A stretch of 64,000 nt of DNA from Ramazzottius varieornatus (Eukaryota; Animalia; Tardigrada), in contig BDGG01000010.1 of the NCBI GenBank assembly GCA_001949185.1, positions 1,790,773 to 1,854,772 on the forward strand. Reading direction: 5' to 3'. This document shows, in pieces, positions 49,063 through 62,462 of this stretch. The translations under genes were made by a program, and so were the position numbers. The notes under the pieces were generated by a model, which saw only the letters and a list, made by a program, of their open reading frames with translations, had not been told where the DNA came from and ran no database searches. Position 1 is the first letter of the stretch. Every line of letters starts with the position of its first letter.

Positions 49063-52000
49063 TTAATGAGGAAAGACCCGGAATAACAGCTCCATTTCCA
49101 GCCTGGGCCGGTTCCCCCACAGTCGCGCACATTCATTCAGAAGTGGCATGATCTTGTCGTCAAACTCCATCAGGACTGGCGGCAAGAATCGTTCTCCCTT
49201 TGACCCTACATCGTACTCAACGATGTCTGGTCCTAGACAGACCCGAAGACCTATTCTGGTTATGCCACTGTCTCGATAATCGTACAGGTGCATACGCAGG
49301 ACGGAACAGGTGGCGAGAGCCAGGTTCTCAGCCAATCGACTAAGGTCCAGCTCTTCCCGAGTAGTGGTCGCCGGGTCCTTCTCGTCGTCCAGAAAGACTT
49401 CGGTACATCGGACGGAAAGGTTTCCATTGACGAAGTCTGTGGAATGCTTGAGCGAAACACGACGGCTTTCGATGCCTGTCATGTCTTTTCCATCGATCGG
49501 GCTTTTCACACTGCAAAATAACTCGAGTTCTTGTTTTTGTCAGAATCTTCTATATCGTAATTCTGGATTCGAATATTTGGGATTCAGGCAAACAACGTTG
49601 ACAAGATCGCTCTTTTTAGTGGCGCACCCTTTCAGCTGATAACACCGGAAACATGCACGAATTAGGAAAAAATCTTGTCAATTTCTTTGCCGAGTTCCGA
49701 TTTTTTCTTTCCTATTATCATGCATTTGACCATGCTTATTTACCCAGCGTTGCACGTTTTCCTCTCGTCGGTCCACTCGATCACAACCGCGTTTCTCTCT
49801 TCCGGTAAACTCGACGGTCCTTCGTCGTTCTTGTGTGCCGGAGTACTCAAAGCTTTGAATGTAAAGTTCTTGACGGACTTGAGAGCTGCTTTGAGTTGCT
49901 CGAGACCAGGTGCGCTGGTCTGGATCATGATGCCATCTTCCACCACCGAAGTTCGACATTCGTCCATTTCGGTACCCTTCAACGAAGCATTGAAGATGAT
50001 GAAGCTGGTACCAGTTATCTGCCGGCCCTTGTCGTGAATGTTGATGGCCTGTGTTTCATATTGGCCATTCTCGAGGTTCTGGACGCATACCAGATGAGCA
50101 TCAACTCGTGAGGAGAAGCTGAGACCGATGGGAAGAACGTGTTCGTTGGCCGTCTGACAAACTTTTACGATCTAGATTGAAGAAAATGTGGGTCGAAGCT
50201 CATTCGGAAAATCTGACATCCATAAAGAATTTTAATTCCGAATTCAGGTAACCATACCTGGTCGTAGCGATACCGAGGAATTCTCATGGTTATGACCCCT
50301 TTCTCCATGCAGCAGTCGGCGTTCTCAACGAAGGGTAAATGATACTGAAAGTTACGGAAATCACAGAGTAGATTCATCACAGTATGGCCCACTTCCTCAA
50401 AGACCGGTTTCCTGTTGCGAAAGCTGACCAACGGACATGGGTAATCTGAATAACAAGAGGCATGGTTTGTATTGATGCAGCTCTTCGAAGTGAGCAAAGG
50501 AAAAAGCGTACATCGGTATTCTGCTCCCAAGCGCAGCATTAATCTCAACGGGAATAACTTTGCCCAGGGAACTTCCCATCGAGTCATCAACACACCGAAA
50601 AGGTATGGCGCTTCGGGTAGATTCAATTTGGCCATACACTGGTGTGATTGGCGGATGAACAGAAAACCAGCGTTGTTGCGGTTACCCAAGAACCCAACGT
50701 CACTTCCACCCAGACCGATTATGCTGTGACCAAGGTTCCCAATGACGTTTCCTACAATTATAACACATAACTCACTGAACAGCCTCGCATAGATCAGCGG
50801 TTTGAGTTGAGCAGTCCCAACCTTGCTTGGCATGAAGCCATATTTCGCTGAGATGGACAAAGATGTCGCGAGGCGGAAGAAAGTCATCTTCCTGTTTGGC
50901 CAACACGATCAAGATTTCATCTTGACCAACCTGTTAATATCCAAAAAACGCAATGTATTTTCCTCTTCCACTCAAACGTCAGAGTGTGGAAGGAAGTTAC
51001 CAGTCGCATCCCACTGGTTGTAAAACACCATACGGTCTCGCCTATGCAGCACTGAAGATTCACGAGCCTGACCGTAGCTCGCAGACAGGAGCTGACACAG
51101 AAATCGACAGATGCTGAAGGGATGGTCTGGAACTTTTTCTGCAACAGCTGGACATCCGGCTGTTCGTGAAGGACGTAATCTGCAAACAACATACATTGTC
51201 CGTTAAGAATGAATATCGAGAGGACCGGAAGTTGGACTTACGGCCGTCCTTCGTAACTTCCATGACAGGAAGGACATCCCGCTGAACAAACAACTTGGCC
51301 ACATGCGCAGTGCTAGACTTCTTCGGCGTCCCAGACGGCTTGGGCGGCGGAGGAGCTGCAGAAAAGCCAGCGTTAGTGCTACAATCATGATCCCCAGAAG
51401 CATGCAAATGTACCCTCTAATGGCGCACCAGGAGATCTTCGCTGCCTCCGCGCTTCCATCAAGGCCGCTCTCCTCCTCGGGTTCCCATGAAACGGCGACT
51501 CGACCAAGTCCCCACCTGGACGTATCCCATCAAAGAAAACAACGTTCCTCGGTTCCCTTAAAAACCAAAACATGTTTTAACTAATACAAACTTAACCCGA
51601 TAGAATCTCATTTTCGTCATTCAATACTCGAAAGCTCGGCGAGAGCACTCGGTAAAACTGGTTTTCCAAGCGGTGCACGTGTTCAGCATTTATAACTGTA
51701 AGTTTGCGCCACTTGGAATAACGAGCTTGTCGACTTCGTTTGCCGAGCATATTGATTAACCTCGGACTTCGATGTCTTCAGTTTTCACTTATGGGTTGAC
51801 CAAGAAATGCTTACCTTCTCGATGAGTCTTGTCTTCGCAAGACGCCCGGTGGTACTCGCGGATTAAGCGACGACAACACGACAGGGGAAGGCGAGTTCCT
51901 TGCATCAAACCCCTCATCGTGTCGACTACTCGCGCCATTCCGATAGAGGAATGTCTCGTTACACAGAGCACACACTCGATCTTCTCGTCCTTCGAGATAT

Positions 52001-53811
52001 TCAAGCTTGGCTTTGTAGTTACCACACAGAGCACAGATGACACTGCCACAAGCCCGACAATGATGTCGGCGTTTGACTACTGTAAACTTGGTCCCACAGA
52101 GCATGCAGATGGGCGCGAGCTCGTCAGGCACCCACTGCGGCTTGATCTTGCCCAAGTTTTCCGCCGAGAAGATTACGGCCTTCGTCGTGTCGGAAGATTG
52201 GGGAACTCTGTTCTCGTCACCACCCTGTTCAGCTCTTTCGCCGTTCTCGGCGATGCGTTGATCCTCGATCGCGATCAGAAAATCGGAGGAAGAGTTCGCG
52301 TGGTTCATAACACCTAGAAAATCCCAGACTACAGTTATTCGACATTGAGATCACAAACACAAAAAAACCTTAGAATCTCAGAAAGAGTCTCATCTGCTGT
52401 GCTTGAGTGGAATATTTCACCTTGCGCCATTTCCACCGACACTGGTTGCCCATCCGGCTGGGCATTCGACTCTTCCATCTCGCATAATAACTCCATCGTC
52501 TCCTCCGGCAGCCCATCAGCCGAGTACACATTGCTGGAGGGCTCTGGATCCAGAAAGGTTGAAGGTGCTAGCGTTGCGCCGAACAGAGCGGAAACGTCTT
52601 GGACGTCGTCCATGGATGTATCCATGAACTCCGAAACGTCCATAAGAGCCATGGGAATCGGAGGAGCGAGTTCCAGTGGCGGAGAAAGCCGGAACGAATC
52701 AGCGCCCATATTCAGATCAGAAGCTTGGTTTTCTGTTTCGTCGAAAGGCAGATCGTCGGGGAAAGGTGTATCGTCCACTTCTACACTCATATTGTTGATC
52801 GAAGCGTCAGGTAAGACAGGTTCAATGAAGTTGTCTTCTACTTGGTCCAATTGAAGTTGGGGGGAAAGTGATGTGAAAAAGTCGTTCAGCTCTGTTTCGG
52901 AAACGTCGTGCCTCTCTTTCCATTCCTCTGGTTGAAAGCTGACGGGAGTCTTTACGGAAGAGGACCTTTCAGCTGATAGTGTTTCAGTTGTGCTCCGCTC
53001 TTCGATTTCGACGTCGTCGGAACGGACAGGCTCTTCGGTCATGTTGTCGAAAGAGTCGCGAGTTTCACTTTGCAGTTCTTGGTCGAGGTCTTCGTCCGGG
53101 AGCTCAGACGACGGCGAAGAAGGATCTTTTTGGAGAGAACTGTCGACTGAAGATGCACCGTCACCTAACCGGAAGTACCATACATATGGAGAGCCAAGTC
53201 ACATTGACAGTGCAAACCTACCAGATTGATATGCTGAATCAGCAAGCAGTAGTCCCACGACTTCAGTCTCGGAAGGAGCGAAAACTTCATCCATGAAAGT
53301 CACATCTTGGAGCTGGCCCTGTACTTCAACCGGAAGTAAGGGCACAGCTAATGATTGACCTGCGTCAGCTGAGGTGAAGTCCACGTCGGTCTGGACAGTC
53401 TCAATACCCCCATCTTCGACAAAGTTCCCTGCTTGAAAGACTTCGACGATGCCGTAGATCACACTAGCCATGTTTGCATCTTGGATTTGCGATGGAGGTG
53501 AAACGTCCGATAAGTCAACTAGAGCACCTTCTTCAACCGATTCATCAATCCTCATCTCGTTTTCTTCACTTTCCAAAACATCGTCGGAAACAGCAGCATC
53601 TTCAACTGGTTCCGTGGATGGACGTTTGTCTTTCCGTACATCAGGAGCAGGTTCTACAGGGAAGAGCACGTACTTTATAGGCTTAACTAATTACACGGAC
53701 CTAAGAGTAATTAGCTTCAGTGGCGTTCATGAGCTTACCTTCTGCTTCTAGTCGATCCAACATGTCATCGATGTCACTCATATACGAATCCATCTTGTCC
53801 ATATTCGGCAT
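49063..53811 (-). CDS. Sara: Smad anchor for receptor activation / endofin family FYVE protein (ZFYVE9/16)
   Basis: N-terminal [37 protein letters not shown] and C-terminal domain [48 protein letters not shown]. Confidence 0.93.
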
Positions 53812-54923
53812 CAACTTCACGACTAGGAAGAAGGAAAACTAAGACATCGATATTATGATGATGGAGCACAGCCTCTATCGCGCTAAATCATCTGCGGGGA
53901 AATGGCGATACCATCTTTCAGTTTGGCTTGTCCTTGGCATACGCCAGTCCTCCTGGAACTCCAGATCGTGCTTCTTCGTGGTTTCACAGCTTACGGTATA
54001 CGGTTTTCCTGAGGAAAATCAAACTGATCGTTTACACTTCACAGCAAGGAAAACTACACAGTAATAATTTTACGACGAAAATGTAATTCCAAAATTCCGT
54101 TTTGCCTCCGGGCCAACTAAGCCCCTTGGGTGAGCCCGCGCGCGCGGACTCGGGCCTTCATACAGTATCAGTTTTCACAGGTTAGTACGGTTAGACGGAA
54201 TTTTCTCTCTTGGGATACACTTCCTTGTCGCGGTGAATCCCGGCTTTTCCCATTCGGATAATCTGGTCATGTCGTCCATTCATTTGGGACGAGACGAGGA
54301 TGCATAAGCACTTTAGCTTTTTCCTGCAGAGGTATTGGTTTCCGGTTATCCATCGGAACTCTTTACGAAGTCCCCACAGTGACCCACAGGGTCCACACCA
54401 ACTTTCTCGTCTATTTCTTCCGCACATCGCCCGCGTCTCAGCATAAACGCGATTCTGTTTTTGCATATCGTTCCATCGCCGTCACTTTCCGTCGGTTTCG
54501 AAGGTTGAAGAAAGAGAAATATTTGAAATTAAAGGTGCACACTCATCACCTCACCAGCGCACAGGCCGAGCCCCACCCTCCCTCCCCAACCTCTGTTTAT
54601 CTCCTTCACACAAGTGAATTTCAAACGAGATAACGGCAACCTCGATAACGATAAACTCGGTAGAGTGGTCGGACAAAGTGTGGTGACATATACTGTAATC
54701 AGGGTCGGTGCTGTAATGACCAGTCGGCAAGATATGCTTCAGCACGTGTACTCAAATAATCAAGCCGATAAGTTCTAGGAATGTTTGTCTGGTCCAAAAG
54801 GCACAAAGCATGAGGGTAATGTGATGGACGACTGCATGAGAAAGCACTTTTGCTGAAACGCCGTAGATATCTTCTTGAACGTTGTTCAGTTACCCTTCAG
54901 CGAACCTCGAGATCCACTTCATC

Positions 54924-57900
54924 ATGGTGCTTATATCGAGATGCTCTTTATGCATCCCAGTAACGTTTCTTACGTTTGCTTTGAGTAGAGTTGTCCATTC
55001 TGCTGGCAACGATCAGAACAGACACCCAATGTCCGATGCCTTTCACGCCAAGCTCAGACTTGCTGCCGGCAACCAGCCTATTTCCGAAGCAGTACTTGCT
55101 TTTCGTGATCTTTACGGGGAGTTCAGAGAGGCTTTACGCTGGAGAGTGAAGGAACTGCAACAAAGCGACTCCAAGGGTCTCTACGCGTGGGCAAATAACG
55201 TCTCCGTGGACTGTATCCGGGATGTCGAAGAGATCATTACCGGCCTTCTGTCTCGGCAAGCCTGGGCTATGCAGTGTAGGTCCCGACTCACTGTGCAAAG
55301 AAAATGGTCAAGACCAAAATTTCGGTTCGAACTGTCACGCAGTTCCAAACATATTCTGTTGACTGTGGTATACCTTATTGTAGTCGTGGATGCTACGGCA
55401 AAAGCTGAAAGTGGAATTTTCCATGGGAATATTGTCTGGTTGGGCTCCTTCGACGAGTGCAGGAACATTACGTCCAGCAACCCAACTGGGAGTACAACGC
55501 AAATTCGTGGGAAATACTGCCTTGCCAGCGTTGGACCAATTGTCAATATATCTGACAACCCAACTTTGGTAAGCCAGAGATTCCAACATGACTAGTCGAA
55601 TCTGTGCGAATTATAACATCCCAATGTACCCTACAATAGGCGGACATCTTTGGAGCTCGAGGAGTCGAAAGCGTACGGCTAGGTCTCTGCTATCCGGACA
55701 CATGCACGGACCACGATACCTATCAGATCGTGGCAAATCGTAAGTGAATGATATTTTCTTTTCAGATCGTAATTGATTCGCGCAGTCGGTTTTCTTCTGT
55801 CTGAACAAGAACATACACATACGATTCTTGAATGTTGCAGTGCTGACACTGACACCGTTGACCCGTTCGTTGAACATCTACGACAGTGCATGCCAGCCCC
55901 GGGATGTACCGTACGATACAAAAGCCATTGTAGTCCTGTAAGTATGGTGTCGGGTACCCGAAACCCACTCCCAAACCTGTGTGTTCTCTCTTGAAGGACC
56001 ATTGGGCTTATCTTTGTCGGGACAGTCCTCGCTGCAACCTCCTACGATCTCATCTCGTCTACCAGACGGAAGCGAAAGTCGATCGTCTACAATACGCCTA
56101 CTTCCGGGTTGACCAGCGCGTATCCTCCCATTGACGTACATGGACCGGGCCATAGTACTCGGCTGGATCAACACGGAAATCAGACAGTTAACGTTCCTCT
56201 GGATGATAACGACGATGCGCCTTTGATTCTAGCCGGCGATTCCCCTGCGTACTCCATCAACGATCAACCAAGAAACAAACCCTCTGCAATTAGATATGGT
56301 AACGAGGCCGCACTGGCATCTAGCAGCAGCTCCACGATCGAAGGATTCTAAAATTAATACGTTTAGACTGTCCGACAATTATCTTCAATGCTGACATTGT
56401 TTTTTAGGGTCTGAACTGTTACTTGCCTTCAGTTTTCATTCCAATGCACGACGGATACTGAACGTCTCCCGATCAAACGAGTCGCTGACATGCATCCACG
56501 GTATCCGGTTCTTCAGCATCGGATGGATCATCTTTGCCCACAGTTATGCCTTCACGTTCCTCAACATCCGTAAGTCTTGTTGACCCTGAAGACCTGTAAA
56601 GTCAGCCATGCCAACAAGTAATAATTTCAGTAGAGCTCTGCTTTTAGGTAACATTGTGGTCGTACCAGAAATATTGGCGCAGTTCCCCTCGCAGATCATC
56701 GTAAACGCATCTGTAGCCGTCGATACTTTCTTCACCATCAGGTAATCCCTTTTTCCTCCCAAACTCAGTTCTTGTCGGTTGATCAAATCACAGTTATTAA
56801 ACTATTGTAATCTATAGCGGACTTCTCGTATGCTATTTGTTTGTCTTGAATTACGAGAAGACCAAAAAGATACCGATCGTGGGGTATTACGTGCATCGAT
56901 ACTGGCGGTGAGTACCACGAACTCTTCGGTCTTTTATTGTCATAATTTGGTTCTCGGGTTCATGAAGGCTAACCGCAATCTACGCAATTATCATGGCTGG
57001 CTACTTGAGTCTGTACAAGTATCTAAATACGGGACCACAGTGGCGACCCGAAGGTTTGGAAGTCGATGGATGTCGCGGGACGTGGTGGATCAACCTGTTG
57101 TACCTCAACAACTTCGTCAAGACAGAAAAACAAGTTAGCGCACCTTCGAACACCTCTGATTTGACGCTCTCGGTAGAGGAGAACAGACAAAATGTATTCT
57201 AAGCCTAAGAAAAAGGTCATTTACAGTGCATGGGCTGGACATGGTACCTGGCAAACGACTGGCAGTTCTACTGTATTAGCCCGTTGATCCTGGTTCCTCT
57301 TGTTAAGCTCCGGTAAGTCATAAACTTCAGATTCACAGAGCATTACAGTCGTAATTTTGGTTGCTTTCTATCACAAACATAGGAAGCCGGCAGTCGGATT
57401 AGCCATCCTGGGGTCCTTCCTGGTAGCCAACATCGTCACATCAGCAGCCTTGTCCGCTCATTACGGACTTCCAGCAAGCCTGCTCGGAAACAGTCTTTCT
57501 TCAAAGTAAGCCGCATAACAGAAAATGAGTTTGAAAGGTTCCTTATGGTTGTTCTGTGTAGTAATACCGCGGACAGTGCCGCCTTGTTGTGGAGGTATTT
57601 CGAGGATTACTACACAAAGCCATGGTGTAGAATCGGACCCTATGCAGTTGGAATGGCTTGCGGGTACCTCCTGGCCAAGCAGCGAGACAACAAGGTTCAC
57701 ATCCGCCGAGAGGTCGTGGTTGGAATATGGATGGCAGTGGCTGCTTCCGCGTCGGCGATCGTTTTCGGACTTTACGGAACGATCAACGGCCATCCACTGT
57801 CCATCGGAGCATCAGCTACCTATAATGCTCTTCACAGGTACCTATAATGATCTTCACTCTTCAACAAAATGAGTAAACCTGTACAAGCACACAAACAGAA

Positions 57901-58440
57901 CTTCTTTTCCTTTACAGAATTGGATGGGCTCTCTGCGTGTGCTGGGTAATTTTCGCCTGCGTCCAAGGATATGGTGGTACAAAGCTCCTTTTTACGTCAT
58001 CCTTCCCCTCAGGAACCTTTGACGTACTGTGTTCTTCGTATTCCAGGTTTCGTCAATACTCTTCTGAGTTGGAAGCCGCTAGTTGCCCTTAGCAGAGTAA
58101 CGTATGTCTGCTACCTGGTCCACATTCCTATCATGATGGCATATTACACTGGGAAGACGGAAACGTTTGACTTCGGACACTTGGAAATAGTAAGTCATAG
58201 AGCGAAAATTTACTTATTGTTTCGCCTGCCTCTACACTGAACTCGTACAAATTTAATGCCAACAAAAAATGGGGTAAAAATTCAAACAACAAATTCCCGT
58301 TTCAGATCTACAGTTTTCTTGGAACAATTGTACTAACATACGCAGCTGCCTTCATCATCACGGTTGGATGCGAGTCGCCCCTTCTGGCCATCGAGAAGCT
58401 TGTCCAGCGATCACTCAGGAATCGAAATTCTGCTCCGTGA
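54924..58440 (+). CDS. NRF-6 / O-acyltransferase-like membrane protein, multi-exon
   Basis: Signal peptide, DATAK..SGIFHGN..WLGSFDEC, CIHGIRFFS, AVDTFF, WWINLLYLNNF, CMGWTWYLANDWQF, YTKPWCRIGPY and LSRVTYVCYLVH. Confidence 0.92.
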
Positions 58441-58738
58441 AATGATTTCCATCTGTAAAAAATGAAAACTGCATGTCAAACCTTAGTCTCCCGCAGTTCC
58501 ACTCGCTCAGTATTACTTCTGTTTCAATCTTTTTTCGTTTAACACAACACTATTAGCTTTTGCTCAAACAAGTTTTCAGTTTGTACAGTAGTTCCATGCT
58601 GTTCCTACCTGCACAGAAGACAAAAGTTTCCAGCAGCCGATGAATGTTCACCATAAATCTGTAAGAAACAGAACCAGTGTGAAATAAAGTCCAATCCTCA
58701 AAGCCGCAAGAGATACCAAAATTAATGTTGAAAAAAAT

Positions 58739-58804
58739 TGCATCAGACGATATTTTTATCACCACGACGTTTATCTGACAGGGATAACTTAGTCATCACC
58801 ACAA
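58739..58804 (-). ncRNA. snR38: Box C/D snoRNA, snR38/SNORD1 family, copy 1
   Basis: Minus strand: GTGATGA (box C), ctaaGTTATCCCTGT, CAGA (D'), then CTGA (D), with a terminal stem. The guide is complementary to LSU rRNA ACAGGGAUAAC. Confidence 0.88.
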
Positions 58805-58994
58805 ATACGTAACTCGGTACATGAGTACGGAGGTTCCTCCAAAGTTACAGTACCGCTGCTTACCTGTAGAACTCCCACAGTAATTAGCGACAGAAGATTC
58901 AGCGGCATATAATCTACGAAAGAAAGGACTCAGCATCAGCACTAAGCAAGTGAATCCATCGTTTCATTCGAATTTCCACGTTATGGCGGTACTT

Positions 58995-59063
58995 GTGGCT
59001 TCAGACAAAATTTCCATCACCACATATTTCAGTCTGACAGGGATAACTCAGTCATCAACCACA
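58995..59063 (-). ncRNA. snR38: Box C/D snoRNA, snR38/SNORD1 family, copy 2
   Basis: Minus strand: TGATGA, ctgaGTTATCCCTGT, CAGA, then CTGA. Terminal stem TGTGGT/GCCACA. Confidence 0.88.
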
Positions 59064-59176
59064 GTTCGCGCGCCGCGGTAAGCTAGTATGAAGAATGAAT
59101 ACAGGTTCATACCTAAATGTTGTCTTGGGAAGACTTCGCATCTTTGAGACGGCGTCAGGTCTCCGTTCAGATTACG

Positions 59177-60238
59177 TCAGACGAGCTCTCGCGGTCCGTA
59201 TAGGGAAGGTTCGGTCCATGGGTAGAGAAAGATTAGCCATAGTGTGAAACCAGCCAAGTGCGTCAGACCCACAACCATTCTTTGAGAAGAGGCTCCTTTC
59301 ACCAATGGTTCCACATCAGGGACTCCAAGGCGGTTACACAGTGCATGCACCAGGATAGGCGCCACAATGTGACCGGTCCGCACAAACAAGAACGCCGAGT
59401 ATACACCAAAGACAAACGTGTAAAATATTTGAAAAAGCGTAGACGAGATCGCCTCTGCCACCGGCGCGCCATGACGCACTCGATCGAAGATATGATGCAA
59501 GTGTGCCACACCGAAAGCTAGAGGACTCAGAAAAACGGCGGTTGTGGTGCCGTAACACCAGGCTATGACAGGAATGAGGCATGCTCGGTACACGAACTCT
59601 TCGGACAAGGGAGCGACGACGTAAGCTCGCCACCACATCCACGAGTAGATGGTGTCGCGAAGGATCCGACGCCGGTAGTGGAGGTTGTACCACAAGAGAG
59701 AAAAGAAGGCTTGGTTGTAACCACGAAATCTTCCTTGAAGATAGTCGCTGAGTAGAGCGCCGGAAAAGAGGATGAGTGTAAGGAGAATGGGAAGCGTGAT
59801 GGCAGGGAGAAAGCCGGAGAACTTGAAGCCCATTCTGTGAAAGGCTGCCGACATGTCTGAGCCTGTACCAATAGAGTAAGAAATTCAATATATGAACATA
59901 AATATGTGAACATGCTCAACCGGAGGTTGATCATCGCCAGATCACCGGACATACTCAGCTATGGGTTTCGGCTTACCAGAACGCAGCTGGAAGCATACGG
60001 ATACCGCACATGAAAACAAAGAGGCGAAGAAGACTTTTTGGAAGCGCCGGCGGATTTCGTGCGGATCGTTTCTGTCGCCTTTAGGGAAGCCGATGATCTT
60101 CGATCCGGATGGATGGATGTACAAACTCACGACGTACGAGAACGCGATGGACAAGCCAGAGGTCCAGGCCCAAAGGTCAACGTTGCTGGAACTGTCAGCG
60201 CGCCAGCTGGAAGGGGTCTTCGGCTCTGCGTGTTGCAT
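59177..60238 (-). CDS. RCE1: CAAX prenyl protease 2 (Ras-converting enzyme)
   Basis: DRNDPHEIRRRF, RAYVVAPLSEEFVYRAC, FGVAHLHH, FLFVRTGH and HALCNRLGVPD. Confidence 0.94.
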
Positions 60239-60561
60239 GCCGATGACGATGACAACTTCAGTGGGTAACTTCCTGCGCAACTGTCGACCGCTACTCAGCT
60301 GTCGATATCCATCTACCCTCCGTGAGTCCCTGGCCTCCCGCAAACGGTGTTGTCAGTATTGACATCCAACGTCGTCCATTGTCGAACATCCACCTTTCCA
60401 GCACCTCACCTGTGAACAAATTTAGGATGCTGTACGTAACGGTAACACTTAAGTTAGCAAGCTTCAAAAGCCATAGGTGCATGACCGGAAGTCGATGGAT
60501 TCGTACTGCAGATTCACAATTAATCTACTAGCTAGTGGTTCTGACCAATGGGGTCTGGGGA

Positions 60562-60629
60562 GGACGAGCGAATACGTGACCATAAAAAACAATAAATGAT
60601 TATGAACAAACTCCTCGCTTCGCTCGTCC
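60562..60629. repeat. 11-bp inverted repeat flanking an A-rich spacer (possible non-autonomous transposon relic)
   Basis: GGACGAGCGAA (60562-60572) pairs with TTCGCTCGTCC (60619-60629). Confidence 0.45.
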
Positions 60630-61287
60630 CGATCAGTGTCACCTAAGAATCGTTCGGCGAGACTTCACGCCATTCTACTCACGTTGTCCTGTCCAGTTGA
60701 AGCGTTCGGCCTTGATATAAGAAACGGAAAGCACAAGACGAACGTACTGTCGTGAAGTTCCGAAATTGCAAGAAACAGAAAAGCTGGAATGTACATCCGG
60801 ACCCGGTAAACCAATTTCGAATTTTCGACTTGTTAACAGCCCTTGGAGCCCCGCAGAGTCCCCTAGGCTGGGGCCCCAGCTAGAGGTCGTCACTGGCCTT
60901 TCACGAAATTCAGGCTTGGCTCAGTTGGCTGGCACATGGATCTTCTTGAACAAGGAACTTCGAGCATCTGGAGACTCTGGAGGTCCTTCGTGATCAAATT
61001 CCCACAAGACGAAATACTTTACCGTTTGGGCTACCATTCAGCAACAGAGGTATTACGTGTGTTGCTCGCAGAGTCACAGTTTCGTGTGGAAGACTCCAGA
61101 ACTATACTCCAGCCACGTCGTGAAGTACTGTATGTCTGTATATTCTTCTATGTAATAAGAAAAACTAGCCAAAATGATTCATGGTGATTTTCTTACTCTG
61201 ACCCGGGATGTCACATTTTTCTAGCAACTTGAGCCTTTCGAAATTAACTGTGAATGTTCAATCGTGGCAGCAGTGGCAGTACACTGG

Positions 61288-61950
61288 TCAAGGCGACGTA
61301 ATAGACATGATTTCCATGTCCGTCGTCACAGACACGTTACTTGAAGTCGCATCGGTATCAAAGTGTTTCGGTGCTACATAAGATCCCATTCCTCCTGCTG
61401 CTTCGGCTTCTTTCTGTGAGAAAGGAACGTTCTTCTTCAGTTCGCGGGCCCTGAAAATGAAATGATTGAAATACGAGGTTCGTAGTAAATAGACAATTGC
61501 AGAAATATCAAGCAGTTAAGTCGCTCGCTTACCGCTGCTTATGGACTTTGGACGTTTGGTGAGCTTTCAAGGTTGTTCCGTCCACAAAGTATCTTCTGCA
61601 ATAAGCAAATAGCTTTATATTTTCACCACAACGAATGTTGCTGATAATCCGAAGATCAAGCCAACCGGAAGCGACTCCGATTTCCGGTTGAATATGACGA
61701 ACAGCCACTGACATACTCAAGCCAGAATCTGGTTACTGACTTACGCGCACTCCACGCAGTAGTGCTGTCCTTCTCCTGGAAGTTCCACATTTATCGGTAA
61801 GGGCTTCTTGAATGTGTTGGTGCTCTGCAGCTTCAGTTCCTCGTAGATTTGATCTAAAGCCTTGGTTCTGGTAGCCGCTCTCCCCTTGTTCGCCTTTGTC
61901 TCCCGAGCGTTCCCTCGATGGAAGTGCTTCCTCCGGGTTGGCTGTCCCAT
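61288..61950 (-). CDS. ZNF593: Zinc finger protein 593 / Bud20 (60S export factor), 3 exons
   Basis: RTKALDQIYEEL...LPGEGQHYCVECA / RYFVD..LKAHQTSKVHKQR / ..PFSQKEAEAAGGMG. Confidence 0.93.
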
Positions 61951-62462
61951 TGAGTTAGTAATTTCGCTTACGGATCCACCAAGATACACGGAGCAGGATT
62001 CGCGCTAAAACAAATCGACGTCTTCCCGTCGGAACTCGGAAGTTTCGCAACTGTGCAGAGTGCAAGTCGCAAACTCTATACTGGCGTTTGTGTATATTTA
62101 ATCAGTCAATCAGCGTAACCGAGCTGAGCTGCTTCTGTGACGTCACGGCCAAGCTTGAGTCTGTTTGATCACTATGACATTACAGGACGATATAGCTCAT
62201 ACGTTGAATGCAGGGTTGTGGTTGGATCAATTCGTCATAATGGCATCACGAATATGAGGTCCGCATTGGCGGGGATCCAGGAGTACGACCTGCACCCTCT
62301 GACTTATCTAGAAAACGTTGGGATTTTGGCTTTCTCCCAGTGTTCGCGATTTTACCTGTGCTGTTTTTGTAGTAAATCATCTTTACTTCCCTGTTTCTAC
62401 TTTTACCCTTTAACCCAGATCTTTTGGTCTGCCGTAGATGACCAGGGAAGCAAACGGAAGCC

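Noticed and set aside
61598-61742. Hairpin followed by ACA in a ZNF593 intron (possible H/ACA RNA)
   Set aside because: Pocket-to-ACA spacing is ~23 nt rather than 14-16, and there is no convincing first hairpin or H box.
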